64,000 bases of DNA from Basidiobolus meristosporus CBS 931.73 (lineage: Eukaryota; Fungi; Basidiobolomycota). The DNA is taken from contig MCFE01000407.1 in NCBI GenBank assembly GCA_002104905.1, forward strand, positions 1 to 64,000, in the 5' to 3' direction. Made by a program: the position numbers and the translations under genes. The notes beneath the pieces were generated by a model. That model was not told where the DNA came from and searched no databases. It saw only the letters and a list, made by a program, of their open reading frames with translations. The number at the start of each line of letters is the position of its first letter. The stretch's first letter is position 1. Below are positions 35,926 through 49,508 of the stretch, piece by piece.

Positions 35926-38900
35926 AATGAGTGAGGAGCGCCAGTGCATTAGAGTATTTGTTGAGCTGTATATGCTACTTCGGATGGGGTATTTCTGGAA
36001 AATATCTGCAGTGTTAGCAATGTTTATATCTTATGTGGTGAATTCCTAACATGTTAAAGACCATGTGGAAGTATAATTTTATTATGTAAGTGAAATGCTG
36101 CTGTCTATGCATAGTAGTATCAGGATTGTTTCTGGGTCATATGTAGCCACCTGCATGATGGTTGTCAATTTGTAATGTGCTTATGGTTGGTTGCATCCCA
36201 GAATAACCTTATCAAAAAGTAGCAGTACCTCCTCAATGCCCTCATTACCAATAATGGTGGAAACACACAGCCTCTTCATCTGCAACATTGTCATTGACCA
36301 ATGAATAGATTGCTATGTTTACTTAGCTCCATTGAATATTCTTGTCATTTTTTTCTCAGTGTGTGGTATTATTGCTTATTAGGATTTTACAGATAACATG
36401 CAGAGTACTTTTATAAGGGAAGATAGGCCTATAATTCATTAGTAAGACTTCTTTTTCAGATTTACCCCACAAAGCCCATATTCAGAAGTCCAATGTTAGC
36501 CAATAGGCATCACAAGCCTATCTGGCTTGGCTTCCATAAGGTGACAAGTGTCAGGTGGACTCCTAACAGTTTCAGCATTATATGTATCCAGTGGCTATCC
36601 AGATATTATTGGTACTGTAGTGCCTGATGAATGCTCAAATATAGCCTCTGTGCCAAAACACTGCCATGATTGTTGTAGGTATCTTCACAAAAATACCAAT
36701 TAGTCAGCAAGTTGGAGCTATTATCAGCAGGTTTATTCAGATGGCTGAGGTGAGCCAAAATGTGCCACAAACTTACCTGACTCAGTTTGCACAATGTGAC
36801 AAGTGTAGCAAAGAGCTGCAATATAAGTTTCAAGTAGCCAGTAAGATATTGTTGATACAATAGTGATTGAAGAATGGTCTAAGTTCACCTCTGTGGCAAA
36901 GCACCAGCCATCATTGTTGTAATGCTTGCTGTGCTCCCTGCAAGCTTTGTGGCTCAGAGGCTTGCTACAGTAGCCACATTGTCTTTTTTCCTTCTCACAA
37001 TGAGCTGTACTAAAGTAGTGTTATTCTTGGAGAAACTGCTGCACACTCAACAATGTACTGTTATTTCATCACTTTTTGTCAAAATTAATTCAAGTTCAAG
37101 ATAGTCATGTACATGAAACATCACAGTAACAAGAATAGAGAGCAGTGTATCTTGCTCTCCTCAGCAGTACACTGGAGGAATGCTTTTTTCAGCTTGAGCC
37201 CTGGCTTTTGCAACAGATGTCAAGGCAAGCTTATGTCAAGCTATGTTCAAGATTTCTCATGAAGAATTTGGCCAAAAAGGCAACTCAATTCAGGACCAGC
37301 AATAACAAGCACAAAAGAAGACTGGTATAGTATTATCATTAAGCATACTCACTAATGACCCTCTATAAACATCTCAATTTTGGCATTTATCTGAATAGCT
37401 GTGATATTCCATTAGTGCTTAATGGTATTGGGCTCATTTTCACCAGTGCATTTTCTTCTAATTTGAGTTGCATTTTCTGATGAAAGTAGAGGGCAGCTGG
37501 CCTATAACAGTAAGAATTCCAACTGCCCTAGTCATCTTTGGGAATATATATCTGCCTGTCTACTTCATAGTAAGTACAAGAGAGATTGCTCACTACCAGT
37601 TATAGGAAATGGAATTTGTCAAAGTTTTCTAATTATGTAAGCCTATTCATATAAAATATATTAGGGATCTGGCAGGGTACTGTCAGTTATGATTCAATCT
37701 TCTTATGATTCAATCTTCTTATATTTGTTGCAATATGGCTAAATCAAGCTTTCAGTGGTATGGGCACTTGGTAGCTAGACCTGACAAGTCTCTACCTGAA
37801 TTTCTCCGCACTCCTAATTACATTGGCTTATTCCTGTTGTCATATTTGTTCCAGTAGTTTATATCAAATGAACTGACTGAGCTCATTATCCTTTATATCT
37901 GAGAGCTTTGATTGCATGAGATCTTCCAGCATTCTTGGTTTGTATCCATCCACTATATGAAATGGTGTTTTATACCTTGTAAGGGCTCTTGATGTGGTGA
38001 ACAATACTGGGATACATCCTCTAGCCCCTCTGAAGCTCACTCCCCCACAACCAATGCTCACATGCATAGAAATATATGGCCTCATGATTTAACTTTCCAT
38101 TAACAGAGCCAATGATTACATAAGCTGTTGAGAATAACAGAACAGGCATTATGCTTATCAAAGATCAAGTACAAGTCTTTGAGCTCATTTCAATTTTTTA
38201 GGAACCTGAGAGACACAAATATAAAAGCTGATGCTGTAAATACAGCAGTTGCAACAAAAGGAATACCTTACAATTGACTCTTACAAGAAGGATAGCAAGT
38301 TGCAGCAGGAAAGTGCATTTTATGTGCCCAAGTAAAGAGACATTGCATAATATATCAAATACAACTATTTCAGATATTGCAAGATGTATGGTATATTACA
38401 TGAGTGTAGAGCTCACATCTTGGGCTGCATTACAATTAACAGATGACTATATGATAAACAGTGCATGTCAATTGTTCATTGAGTAACACCTTGATGCCTA
38501 TATTGCTTTCCTTGGAACAGTTAGCTGCACTGCTGTTTATCATATTCCTAAAGTAATACAGGCAAGGTTGTAACCAAAAAGTACAATTGTTTCTTTTCCA
38601 GGTTCTTGGAGTGATATGATTTTGCTGGAAATCTGTGCAAATGGAGGAAACTAATATACGGACTGAAGCAAGAACCTAGAAAATAGTATCACAGAACAAA
38701 GGTTCATATATTCCTGAAGTCTAGGATTTGCTTGGCCAGTCACAACAATAAAGAACTTTGTTCCCACAGGTGTAGAATGCAAGTTGTCTTTGCATAGAAA
38801 GCATAACTAGGCTTATTAGAAATCATAAAAGTAACAGAAGAGCAATTTTGGATGCTTATAGCTGCTCAGACAAAAGAGGCATGGGAAATTGACTATTTTA

Positions 38901-41900
38901 CAAGAGCTGAGATTAAATTTGATCAACAAAAGTATGAACTATCTTGGTTCAATTTAGATACTTCTCAGATGTTCTGAGATATTGAAATATGGAGAAGTAA
39001 GAAAATGTAGCCACCTACTTAGAGCTTAATGTTTTGCAAGCAATAGTTACCCAGTTAAGAATGAGAATAGTTAAGCTTCAGATGAAACTTAACTTGACAT
39101 GAGTTGGAATTAACTAGCAGTGCAGTATAGTAGCTGTACTTCAAGTATTTACTGAACACCATGAGACACCTAACCATTGGTGTACACACTCAAGTAGGAG
39201 GAACCTAGGTCACTTGTTAAAAGTAGACAGAGGGCAACAAGCAATGATAGAAGCATAGTCCCCAATACTCAGTTGAAAGTGACTGGATATCTATGAGATG
39301 CCCTGATGAAATAATTGTATCTGAACTGCTGCTCAACAGCTAGGCAACCCAAAAGTCAGCCCTTTGCTTATGTTAGCATCACTGAAAACAAGCCAGGAGT
39401 GACTCCAATGCAGCAATATCTGACAAATTGAATGTGTAGGAACAAGAAAATTATGCTGTTACTTATTGAGCAGTATGTAGGTTATACAGCTGAAGTGCTG
39501 TGCAGGCCTGTTTAGCAATATTTTGTAGTGTACTGCAGTGGTTTCTTGGTAAATACATAGTGTTCATTAAATCTGCTAGCTTGGGCATTACGTAAGGCAG
39601 AAGTAACTGGATCATTGATTTAATAAGTGTGGAAGAGTGATAGTCATAATTGAAACATACAATGGTAAATGCTAGTCTTGAGTTGTTGAGCTTTTACTGC
39701 CAAAAGATACTAAATGCACAACATATCAGCATCTTTGGTAACAAACAGATGGAATATATAAGTTAGTGTGTAGTAGCTGATTATGGTGCTCATTTCAAAG
39801 TAGCAATAGAGGAATAAGTCTAAATTTACTGATATGAAGAAGGCACCAAGGTTCAGGCCATAACTGTAGCCTAAAATTATCAAGTAGTCCTGGGTTGCTG
39901 AGCATGCCTCCAGCTGCTGAATGATCCAAGTAGTATGCTGCTTCAGCACTCACCCTGAGTTCAAATATTTCTTGACTCAAATGATTCCCCAAGCTTGTCA
40001 GATTCTTGGGATCCTGAAGCTTTTTTAAATATATGCCATCACTTGGCATGTTGTGCAGTACACTAAGACTACCCTGTTATTCTCTCTAGATTTCTTGACT
40101 AACTATTGGTGTATAGTTACATGCTCAATGATGGCAAGGCTAGTGCTACTGCAGCTATGGCATGTCCATCAGTGAGCTGTTTCTCTCAATTTTAGACAAT
40201 TGCTTCATCAACTCCAAAGGTGCCTATTGGAGAGCTCAACCCAAGCTGCTATTGCCTCCAGGCTTACTGCCTATTATTTGCTCCTGTTGAAATATTTAGG
40301 AGCTCACCTAACTATCAATATATTATGAGCAAACACTTATTTAAATGATGCATGTCAGATTACCAATTTATAAATTAGGTTGTGATATAGACAGTTACAT
40401 TCATGTAGTTCTGTAACAAGTATAAATAGTGTGTTGCAACTCAATAAAATATCTACTTAATATTATGTAAATGTTTTAATTCTCTAATTCACTTTCAATA
40501 CATCTCTCTAATATCTTAACAGCTCCCAAGTAATCATATGCCATATGTAAGACTCCCAGTAAATACTGCAAATATGCTTAACAGCTACATATTGGGAAAA
40601 TGCATGAATTGTAGTTATTGTTAAGTGCTTGGATAAATGGACTTTACTAGTACAGCTTAACATCAGAGAGTGTCAACTGTTGAACTGCAAATTAGTAACA
40701 TAATAATAAAGTAAGATTGCCATTGTGAATAGCATACATCTGCAAGAATGCTCCAGGAGTATTAACCATTATCAATTCAAGTATTGAAATAGTATTTGGG
40801 TTGCAGTACAACTTTTAATCAGGGTGTTCATTTGCTGCTGCCAGTGATGGAATAATGCAGAATGGGCTTGTTATAGCAGAACAATTTCATGCATTCATTG
40901 TTAGATATATCATGGGCAGTTGAATAGTGCTAAATTACCTGTCAAGAGCTGTATGAGGTTTTATACTGTTCTGTTTTGTGTAAGCTAGAAAATCAACCTG
41001 AATACTTACACAATAGTATATTAGCAGTGTAATGGCCTTGCATAATGTACAAATCAATTGCATGTGACTGCTAAATTATGTTCCATTATGCACACATTGC
41101 CAGTCTCATATACACATACAAATCACAATAATTGAGGCTCTTTGTTAATTTAAAACATGCAAGCTGGATATCTGCTTTACATGCTTGGTATTTATAGCCC
41201 ACTAAGGCTATTCCAGCAATAATATCTTCTTGTTAAATTATCTGACTCTTTGGGCTTCTTAAAACATACAGCAACACTTGTTTATTAGCACTATGGACCA
41301 TCAGTAACAATGAAATAAGCAAAATCCTTTTTGAAGTTACACTGCTGACACATGTGCACCATTTGAATTTACATGATTCTATCAACATTGATGGGAGCAG
41401 TCCCTATTGCTTTAATGCTTATGAAAGTCCATAAAGAACTTGATGATACCAGTCCAGATTGGGTATCTTGTTTCAAGTCTTGGTATAGGAGTTAAAGAGG
41501 AATAGGGAGTTTAGCTATTATTGTATTCACTAAAACTTGAACTGATTTCATTGAGGTACCAGCAGCTCCTTATATACATTTTACCAGATCAATTGCTGAC
41601 TAATTGTACTTCCCAATGTAGGCTGTGGCTGATGACTCATTTGATTGCATCATCATCACTCAATAAGATCCTTCTTAATATATCTATTTCTGTCTAATAA
41701 GGATCTGCTGATTCATTTGCTGACTAATGCTACTGATTTGATAGATAATACTGTTATACTGATAAGCTAAGTATATAATTAACTAATATGACTAAAAACT
41801 GAACTAACTTAGACATTCCAGCAGTAGATCATAACAATCTAATGATATACATTGCAACAATTAGCTCTTATTGACCCAAAAACTGGTGCAGGTGCTATCT

Positions 41901-41919
41901 TGTTTACTGTAGGTATAGC

Positions 41920-44900
41920 TGTTGAATTATTGGATTATTTGGTATCATGCAGCAGCTAAAAGTTTGCTTAACAATTCTAGACCAGTTTTGGTCACTGTAG
42001 GACTTATTTGCAGCCCCAACTTGGACAGTTTCTTCACATATATGATCCTATGATTACTCCCCTATAGTGAAGATGAAATTGACACTTCTTACCCAACATT
42101 TTGTACTAGCCCTGAAACTGCTACAGAATGCTCCTAAATGTTAAAAAACCTCCTTACTTAGTATTACAGCTGTATTACCTCTTCAAAGGTATAAACACTG
42201 ATCCTCTTTATGAATGAACAACAGTTTCACTATTATCACTATATCTTGATAAGTTCTTATATCCAGATCACTACTTAAATTGCAACAGGTTATGAGCCCC
42301 AATTGTCTTAATCTATCCCAAAGATTACCTCAACTGGCAAACAGAACAATACAAACATTTTCCCTGTAAGGAGAGGCTTGATGGGAAGAACTACAGACTT
42401 TGGAGAATCAAGATGCAGATCCACCTTGAGAAAAGAGAGCTTTGGAATACAGTAACAGGAAAAGAAGTTGACCACAAAGGAACAACAGAAGAAGTGCAGA
42501 AGTTTCAAGAGATGTAGAGAAAAGCCTTTGATGCTATATGTTTCATTGTGCAAGATTCCTTCATTGGACAAATCCATGCTTCAAATACTGCCAAAGCAGC
42601 ATGGGAATCCTTAGAGAAGATACTTAGAGCAAAAGCAGTATCAAGCAAGCTTTATCTAAAACAAACATTTTTCAACATGGGGAAGAGCCAGATTATGACA
42701 TGCTACAAATTGTTACCACAATGGAGACACTTGCAGAAGTACTTTACAGTATTAATGCTGCTGTAGATGATGAAGAAAAGATACACTGTATGCTTTGCAG
42801 CCTACCAGATAAGTATGAGCCACTCATACTTTCCTTAGAATGCAGAGAAGACAATTTGACTTTTGACCTTGCTCAAGGAAGATGTCTCCACAAAGAACTT
42901 AGACTTAATGATCAAGCAGAGAAAATTGTAGACAGTTCTTTATTCAGCTCAGAGAGGCACACAGAAAAGAAGGGAAAGCAACAAAACCAAAGAGAACCTG
43001 GTTGCTGTAACTATTGTAAGAAGCCAGAATACTGGGCAAGAGAATGGAAGAAGAAACAAGCAGAAAAAAACAGCAACTGGAGCAGGCAAACCATATAGCT
43101 ACTGATGGACAGCTATTTGTAACTGTACAAGAGAGTGCAAGTAACCAAAGTAATGAATGGTATATTGACTCTGGAGCATCACAGCATATTTGTAGTATAA
43201 AGGAGTGAGTCAGCAACTCAAAGACTATTCCTGTAAGAAAGGCTTATCTGCAAGACAACTCTGCACTGGATGCTACCATCAGTGGGTCTTTACTACTAAA
43301 TGTGAGTGATATCTCATGGGCTACAACAGAAAAATTGACTGACATACTCCATGTACCTGCAATAGCTAAGAACCTACTCTCAGTCAGTAAAGCAACTGCC
43401 CAGGGACTGATATTTGTTTTAATATGCTCAGCTGCTCAATAATGAGTAAAAATTGACAAAAATTAGCCTTAGAAATCAGCAATCACAATACAGACATGTT
43501 ACAATGCAAGATCACTGTTACTGAGTATGCCAACATTGCTGAAACTGATGAAATTAACTGGGTGATGTGGCATAGGAGGCTAGCTTACATAGGGGAACAG
43601 AAAATGGACCAATTGGTGAGAAGTAAGCTTATTTTTGGCCTCAACTACTCAATTCCAATCAAATTGAGTGTATATAGGGGATGTTCATATTGCAAGCAGA
43701 CTAGGCAACACTACAGGAGCTCAGTAGGCATCAGCACCACCAAATTATTGGCTATTGTACACTCAGTTCCATGTGGGCCCATGAGAATACTATCCTTTGG
43801 AGCCAAGAGATACTTTATGATGTTTACTCATGACAAGACAAGACATACAAAGGTGTAATTCCTTAAAACAAAGGATGAGGATTTAGAGATGCTGAAACAC
43901 TTCAAGAACATGGTAGAAACACAAACTTGGTGTAAATTGAAGGTACTTTGAAGTGATAATGTGGGGGCATACTGCTCAAAGGAGTTTGCATAATACTACA
44001 CATCTACTTATATTACTCAGCCAACCACTGTTTCACATACTGCACTGCAAGATAGAATAGCAGGACATATAAATAGAACAGCAGTAGAGATGGGAAGTTC
44101 TATGGTGCATGATATGGGAATGGACTTCAGGTTTTTGGCTGAATGTGTTGCTATTGCAGTATACATCAAGAATAGATGCCAACAACAGCACTACAGGGTT
44201 CTACACTCTTTGAGGCATATACAGGCAAAAAACCAGACCTCCAGCACCTCAGGTTCTTTGACACTGATGTCTTTTATCACATCCCTGACAAAAAACGCTC
44301 AAGCTGGAACCAAAGAGTAGAAAAGGGATCTTTCTTGGGTATTGTGATGATGCTAAAGGGTATAGAGTGTATGATGGCAAGATTCAGATGCTGATCAAGA
44401 GCAGGGATGTTGTATTTGGGAAGAATTCAGATCAGAAAGCCACAGATATCTTTGGGCAGCTGCCTGATGATGCAAGCAGCACTAATGAAGAAAATACATA
44501 CCAAATTCAGCCAGATACAGAAGGTATTTCAACCAGTTCCAAATTGGAGCAGATTATCCCAGTTAGGAGGTGTACCAGAATAAGAAATGCCCATGGATCC
44601 TGGTGGTAGACATCCATTGATGATGAAGAAGCTTATCTTCCCTTATGTGCCAAACCTCAGAATCTGGAACAGGCAATGCAAAGTCCAGATGCTACTATGA
44701 GGCAACAAGCCATTCAGGAGGAGTACCAATCACTGATGAAAGTCAAACCATGGGATCTGGTAGATTTACCAAATGGGAGACAGCCAATAGGATGTAGATG
44801 GGTCTGCAAGATCAAGATAACCTCAAATGGTACAGTTGATAAGTACAAGGATAGATTGGTGGCTAAAGGCTATTCCCAGATCCAGGGAATAGAGTTTAAG

Positions 44901-46594
44901 GAAACATTTGCTTTGGTTGCCAGGTTTAACTCCATTAGGACAGTCCTAGCCCTAGCTGCTGTACACAGTATAGATCTACACCAAATGGACGTCAAAGCAG
45001 ACTCTCTGAATGAGGATTTGCAAGAAGCCATAAGTATGGAGCAACCAGAAGGCTTTACCAATCTAAAAGACCCCCATAACTTGTGCAGACTCAGGAAATT
45101 GTTTTATGGGCTTAAGCAGGCACCTAGAGCATGGTATAACAAAATTGACACATATCTAGAGGGGATTGAGGTTATTTGTAGCACTTCAGATCAGAGTATA
45201 TACATGAAACAGCTCCAAAAGGGTGTGAGCATGCTAGTTCTGTATGTGGACAACCTAATAATAGCTACAAGTGACCAGGGGGCACTTAAACAGACAAAAT
45301 CATATCTCTTCAGTAAGTTGGAGATGAAAGATCATGGGAAATAGAGCTAATTTCTTGAAATTGAAGTGAATTTGATACACTTAGGCAGAAAGATGTGCTG
45401 AATCAGTCTAAGTACATCAGGAATATTATTAGACACTTCAAAAGGAAAATTTGCAAGTATGCAGCTACCCTTATGGACAATAATCTAAAATTGAGCAAAT
45501 CTCAGCCAGTTTTAGGTGAAAATTGCTCAAATATGGACCAAAACCATCCTTATCAACCCATGGTTGTTAGTCTGATGTACTTGATGGTGTCTAGATGTCC
45601 TGATATTGTTGTGGCAGTTGGAATAGTCAGTCAATTAATGCAGAATTATGGATCAGATTAGATTACAGCAGTTTAGCGGATTTTCACATATCTACAAGGT
45701 ACCATAAATATGGTACTGGAATACTCTGGAGCAGCTAATTAGCAGAAATATGATGGTTATAGTATTTCAGATTGGGGCAGCAATCTGATTGACAGACACT
45801 TTACCACTGGGTATGTATCTCTCTATGCTGGTGCAGCTATTACTTAAAATTGCAAGATACAACCAACTGTGGCCCTATCTACAACTGAAGCTGAATATAT
45901 GGCTGCTTGCCAAGCAACTAAGGAGGCTGTATGAATATGGAAATTATCCAAAGACTTAGTCTTTACTCATACATACCAACATGTACTTACAAAGGTAATC
46001 AAAGCTGTATTGCATTAGCAAGGCATTGTACTAATTATGCCAAACTAAGTACATAGATATAAAACACAACTTTGAAAGGGAAGCTGTAGAAAATAGCTTA
46101 GTAGAGTTGGTTTACAGTCCAACTGACAAAATGGTAGTAGATGTATTGACCAAACCACTAGTTAGACCACAATTTGAGAATCTCAGAGAGGAATTAGGAT
46201 TAAGAAATTATTTAGTTGAGGGGGAGTGTTGAAATATTGGACTAATTGGTATCATTCAGCAGCTAAAAATTTACTTAACAATTCTAGACTAGTTTTGGTC
46301 ACTGTAGGACTTATTTGCAGCCCCTACCTTGCCAGCTTCATCACATCTTTGACCCTTTGATTATTCCTCTATAGTGAGGATCAAATCAACACTTTTTACC
46401 AAACATTATGTACTAACCCTGAGACTGTTACAGAATGCTCCAAAATGCTAAGAAACCCCCTTACTTAGTGTTGCCACTGTATTACTCCTACAAAGGTATA
46501 AAGTTGATCCTCTTTATGAATAAACTACAGTTCATTTATTACCACTATATCTTGATAAGTTTCTTGTATCCAAATCACTTCTTACATTGCAACA
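41920..46594 (+). mobile_element. Full-length but inactivated Ty1/Copia element A (family 1)
   Basis: 368-bp LTRs 41920-42287 and 46227-46594 (TG...CA, roughly 80-85% identical), PBS GGTTATGAGCCC 42288-42299, PPT GAGGGGGAG. gag-PR-IN-RT-RH order with many stops. Flanks ATAGC/GTAAC are at best a decayed TSD. Confidence 0.92.
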
Positions 46595-46649
46595 GTAACC
46601 CTAACTAGCAAGAAGACTGTGAAAAACTAGCATAAATTTCTCATAGATG

Positions 46650-49240
46650 GCAACTCATGATATCACATGTACCAGTTGCAGGACAGAAAAGCAGAAATTC
46701 TTTCAAGGTAAAGACTGGACTAACCTAAGCTCATTGCTAGCTTGGCACCAAGTTGCCCACTACTTCTTCATGATTTGCAACTAAATATTTGAAGGATAAA
46801 TGACTAATGAATATCATCACAATACCTTCCAACTGCCAGCTTGATACAAGCTGAAAGGCTAATAATATTCAAGTTCCAAGAATAAAACAACAGTTACATT
46901 AGATCAGAGGGCAGAGTCAAGATTTTCAGTTGAACACAAATGAATAAAAGCTAGTCTAGAATGCCTATCCTGTCACATTGCATGAAACTACTAGCCTTCA
47001 AACCAAGGTACTTCAAGCTGCTAAGAATCCAATGGCAAAAAATGCTCCACTTCACTAATCCCTAATTATCAGCAAATATCACACAAGCAAGCTCTGGAGT
47101 TAATAATCTGCAATACTTCATCTGCAACATTACTTGGATCCTCCACTTGCATCTTGATCTGCTTAAGTTGGTATCACAGAAAACCATAGCTTACTTGGTA
47201 GCTACTGATGTTAGCTTCATCTTAAGCAGGACAGAAATAATACATATATGTAATTGCACTTAAACAGTACAACCTAATCTGGGGCTTTCCAAGTGTGTAA
47301 TTCCATCATGACAGCTCTGATATGCAATTGTTACTTTTGATTGAGCATTCCATATTGATTGAGTGCAAACAGACAACTCCATGGTCTTATGGACCTATTA
47401 TAACCCTTAGCTTGGCTCTTGATAGTACTCCTCTAGCTCCAACTGCCAATAAACTAACGTCATTGCTCATTGCAACATAGTTGTGGTGTCTGACAATGCA
47501 GTCTCTCATGGATTACTCTGCTACCTTGACAAGCAACAATACATTATTGACCCTATGGGGTAGGATTGCTGGACCTTATCTAGTGTGATAGGTGGTTCAG
47601 AACTGAGTTAGGTATCAGCTAGCTCCATTGAGAAACTGGCAACTCATTAAGTGTAGGTTTGTGCTATATGCTTGGTTTTAAAATGGTGATAGCTGAGCTT
47701 CCTTGCTGATATAGTTCTAGAGCATGCAAATAGCAAATTGATGGATTGCAAGAACCCCAGAGTTTCAGGAGCTTCTTGCTTTCAAAACACCTCTAATCCA
47801 AGATGGCTTACTCTAGTTAATCATTCATTTGGATATGTCTTAGCACTTGGCAGGCTTGATCAAATTTGATGAGAAAGCTTCCTAAAGCAGACATTTCTCC
47901 TAGCATCTTGGTAGCAGCTATCACTACTGCAGTGTGGCTTGTAGCAGAGTGATGTCAATAACTTGATTGCATTGTAGTACAAAGACTAAAATGTGATACA
48001 TGTTAATATACATGGTCATTCATCATTATAGGCCAAGAGATGCATTGACTAGTGTAGGGCAACAGGTACACTACTCAGCAGTAAATCCTATATTCACCAT
48101 TGTCTATACATAGTAGACACCATCTGTCAATACTCTGGCCAAAGTCTCCAGTGGCACTTTTCTTAATGGTGGTAGAAATTCCATGGCTCAATATAATTGG
48201 ATATATTGTCTCCTACTTTTTGATTTGTGATGGAGACAAGCAGCTCATCTGATAGGTGCTTCACTAAGCCTCAGCATCATGTGTACTGCTAAAAATATCA
48301 CTGATATACCATGTGTACTGCTCCAAAGTTAGTATGTATTGAATAAAGAAACAGCCAGTTCATCTAGATGTTGCATTTGTGTTTTTGCATATATACATGA
48401 ATAGTGATTGGAGCCTCTGAGGAGTACTTCAGGCAGTGGATGCACTGTAAATTCCTGCCAATTCTTATGAATTCCTCTGGTATTTCAAAGGGATCATTTA
48501 GTGTGAAATGCCCATGTACAACTTCATCATGATAATCATGAAATTTCTGAAACGTAAATGTATTGCTCCTGGTGTAAAGCTTTTGCATGTATCTTAAGTA
48601 TCTCTGGCTTACATTTAGTTGCATATTCTGGCTGATAGCTTATAGATTGCCAACTTAGCTGTAATTGCACTCTGTTTTCTGTACATTCTCATTATGTGAC
48701 AGAATTGTTCTCAGTGTTGAGGATTGGATAATGATAACATTTGTGAGTTTTTGAGTATATCCCTTGGCTCTCACATGTTTAACAGCAATACAGTCCATTA
48801 TGCCCAGAAAAGTTGGCTATCTTTCTGATGGCTGGGGAATTATATGCATCTGGATATGATGGCCAAACACTAATATCCCACCAGAGCACATACAAATGCA
48901 TTTAGCAATGGATACAGGGAGCTGTCCAAGTTGGATGGTTATTTAGGGCAAGATGCTTGTGAGACAACCATAGGACTTCTGCTCTGATGCCATAAGATTG
49001 ACACCACATCAGATTAACAAGAATTGGAAGCTAGCTGGATTTTCAGGTAGTGTACTTGTGTATTGCAAATCCATCAGTGCCAAGGAAGAGGCATGGTCAT
49101 GCATACCTCTAAAGGATCACTTGCTTCTTGGTTGTTGCCAATGTTTGCTATGTAATATCAGAGGAATGTTTGCACTTGATTGATACTGCATGTGGTACTT
49201 GATAGCTTCACAGTATCTGTTGGACTGCAGAGTATAGACC
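46650..49240 (-). mobile_element. CACTA/CMC-type transposase remnant
   Basis: 49000-49240 aligns with 23300-23540 and with the reverse complement of 62720-62960. ORF 48364-48624 (FEIPEEFIRIGRNL) resembles the Tnp2 downstream region. Confidence 0.65.
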
Positions 49241-49508
49241 TTTTCTATGTGCACCAGGTGTTCCTCTTCTGTCTTGCTGTATATCAGTATGTTGTGTAGG
49301 TAGATTACCACAAACTTGTCAAAGTACTCCTGGAAGACTGTTTGCTCCATTGAGTTGTTCCAAATGCTCATCATTCTAAGGTATGGGGTACTTGTTCCAC
49401 ATGGTAACTGAGTTGAGGACTCTGTAGTCAATGCACATCCTGAGTGTTCCATCCTCCTTTTGCACAGAGAGTACTGGTGCTCCCCAAGGTGACTAGCTGG
49501 GTGTGATG
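49240..49508 (-). mobile_element. Isolated, internally deleted Ty3 RT fragment
   Basis: Reverse complement matches intact Ty3 ~54223-54388 joined directly to ~54550-54660 (RMCIDYR..NKYP / QTVFQEY.DKFVVIYL). Confidence 0.8.
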
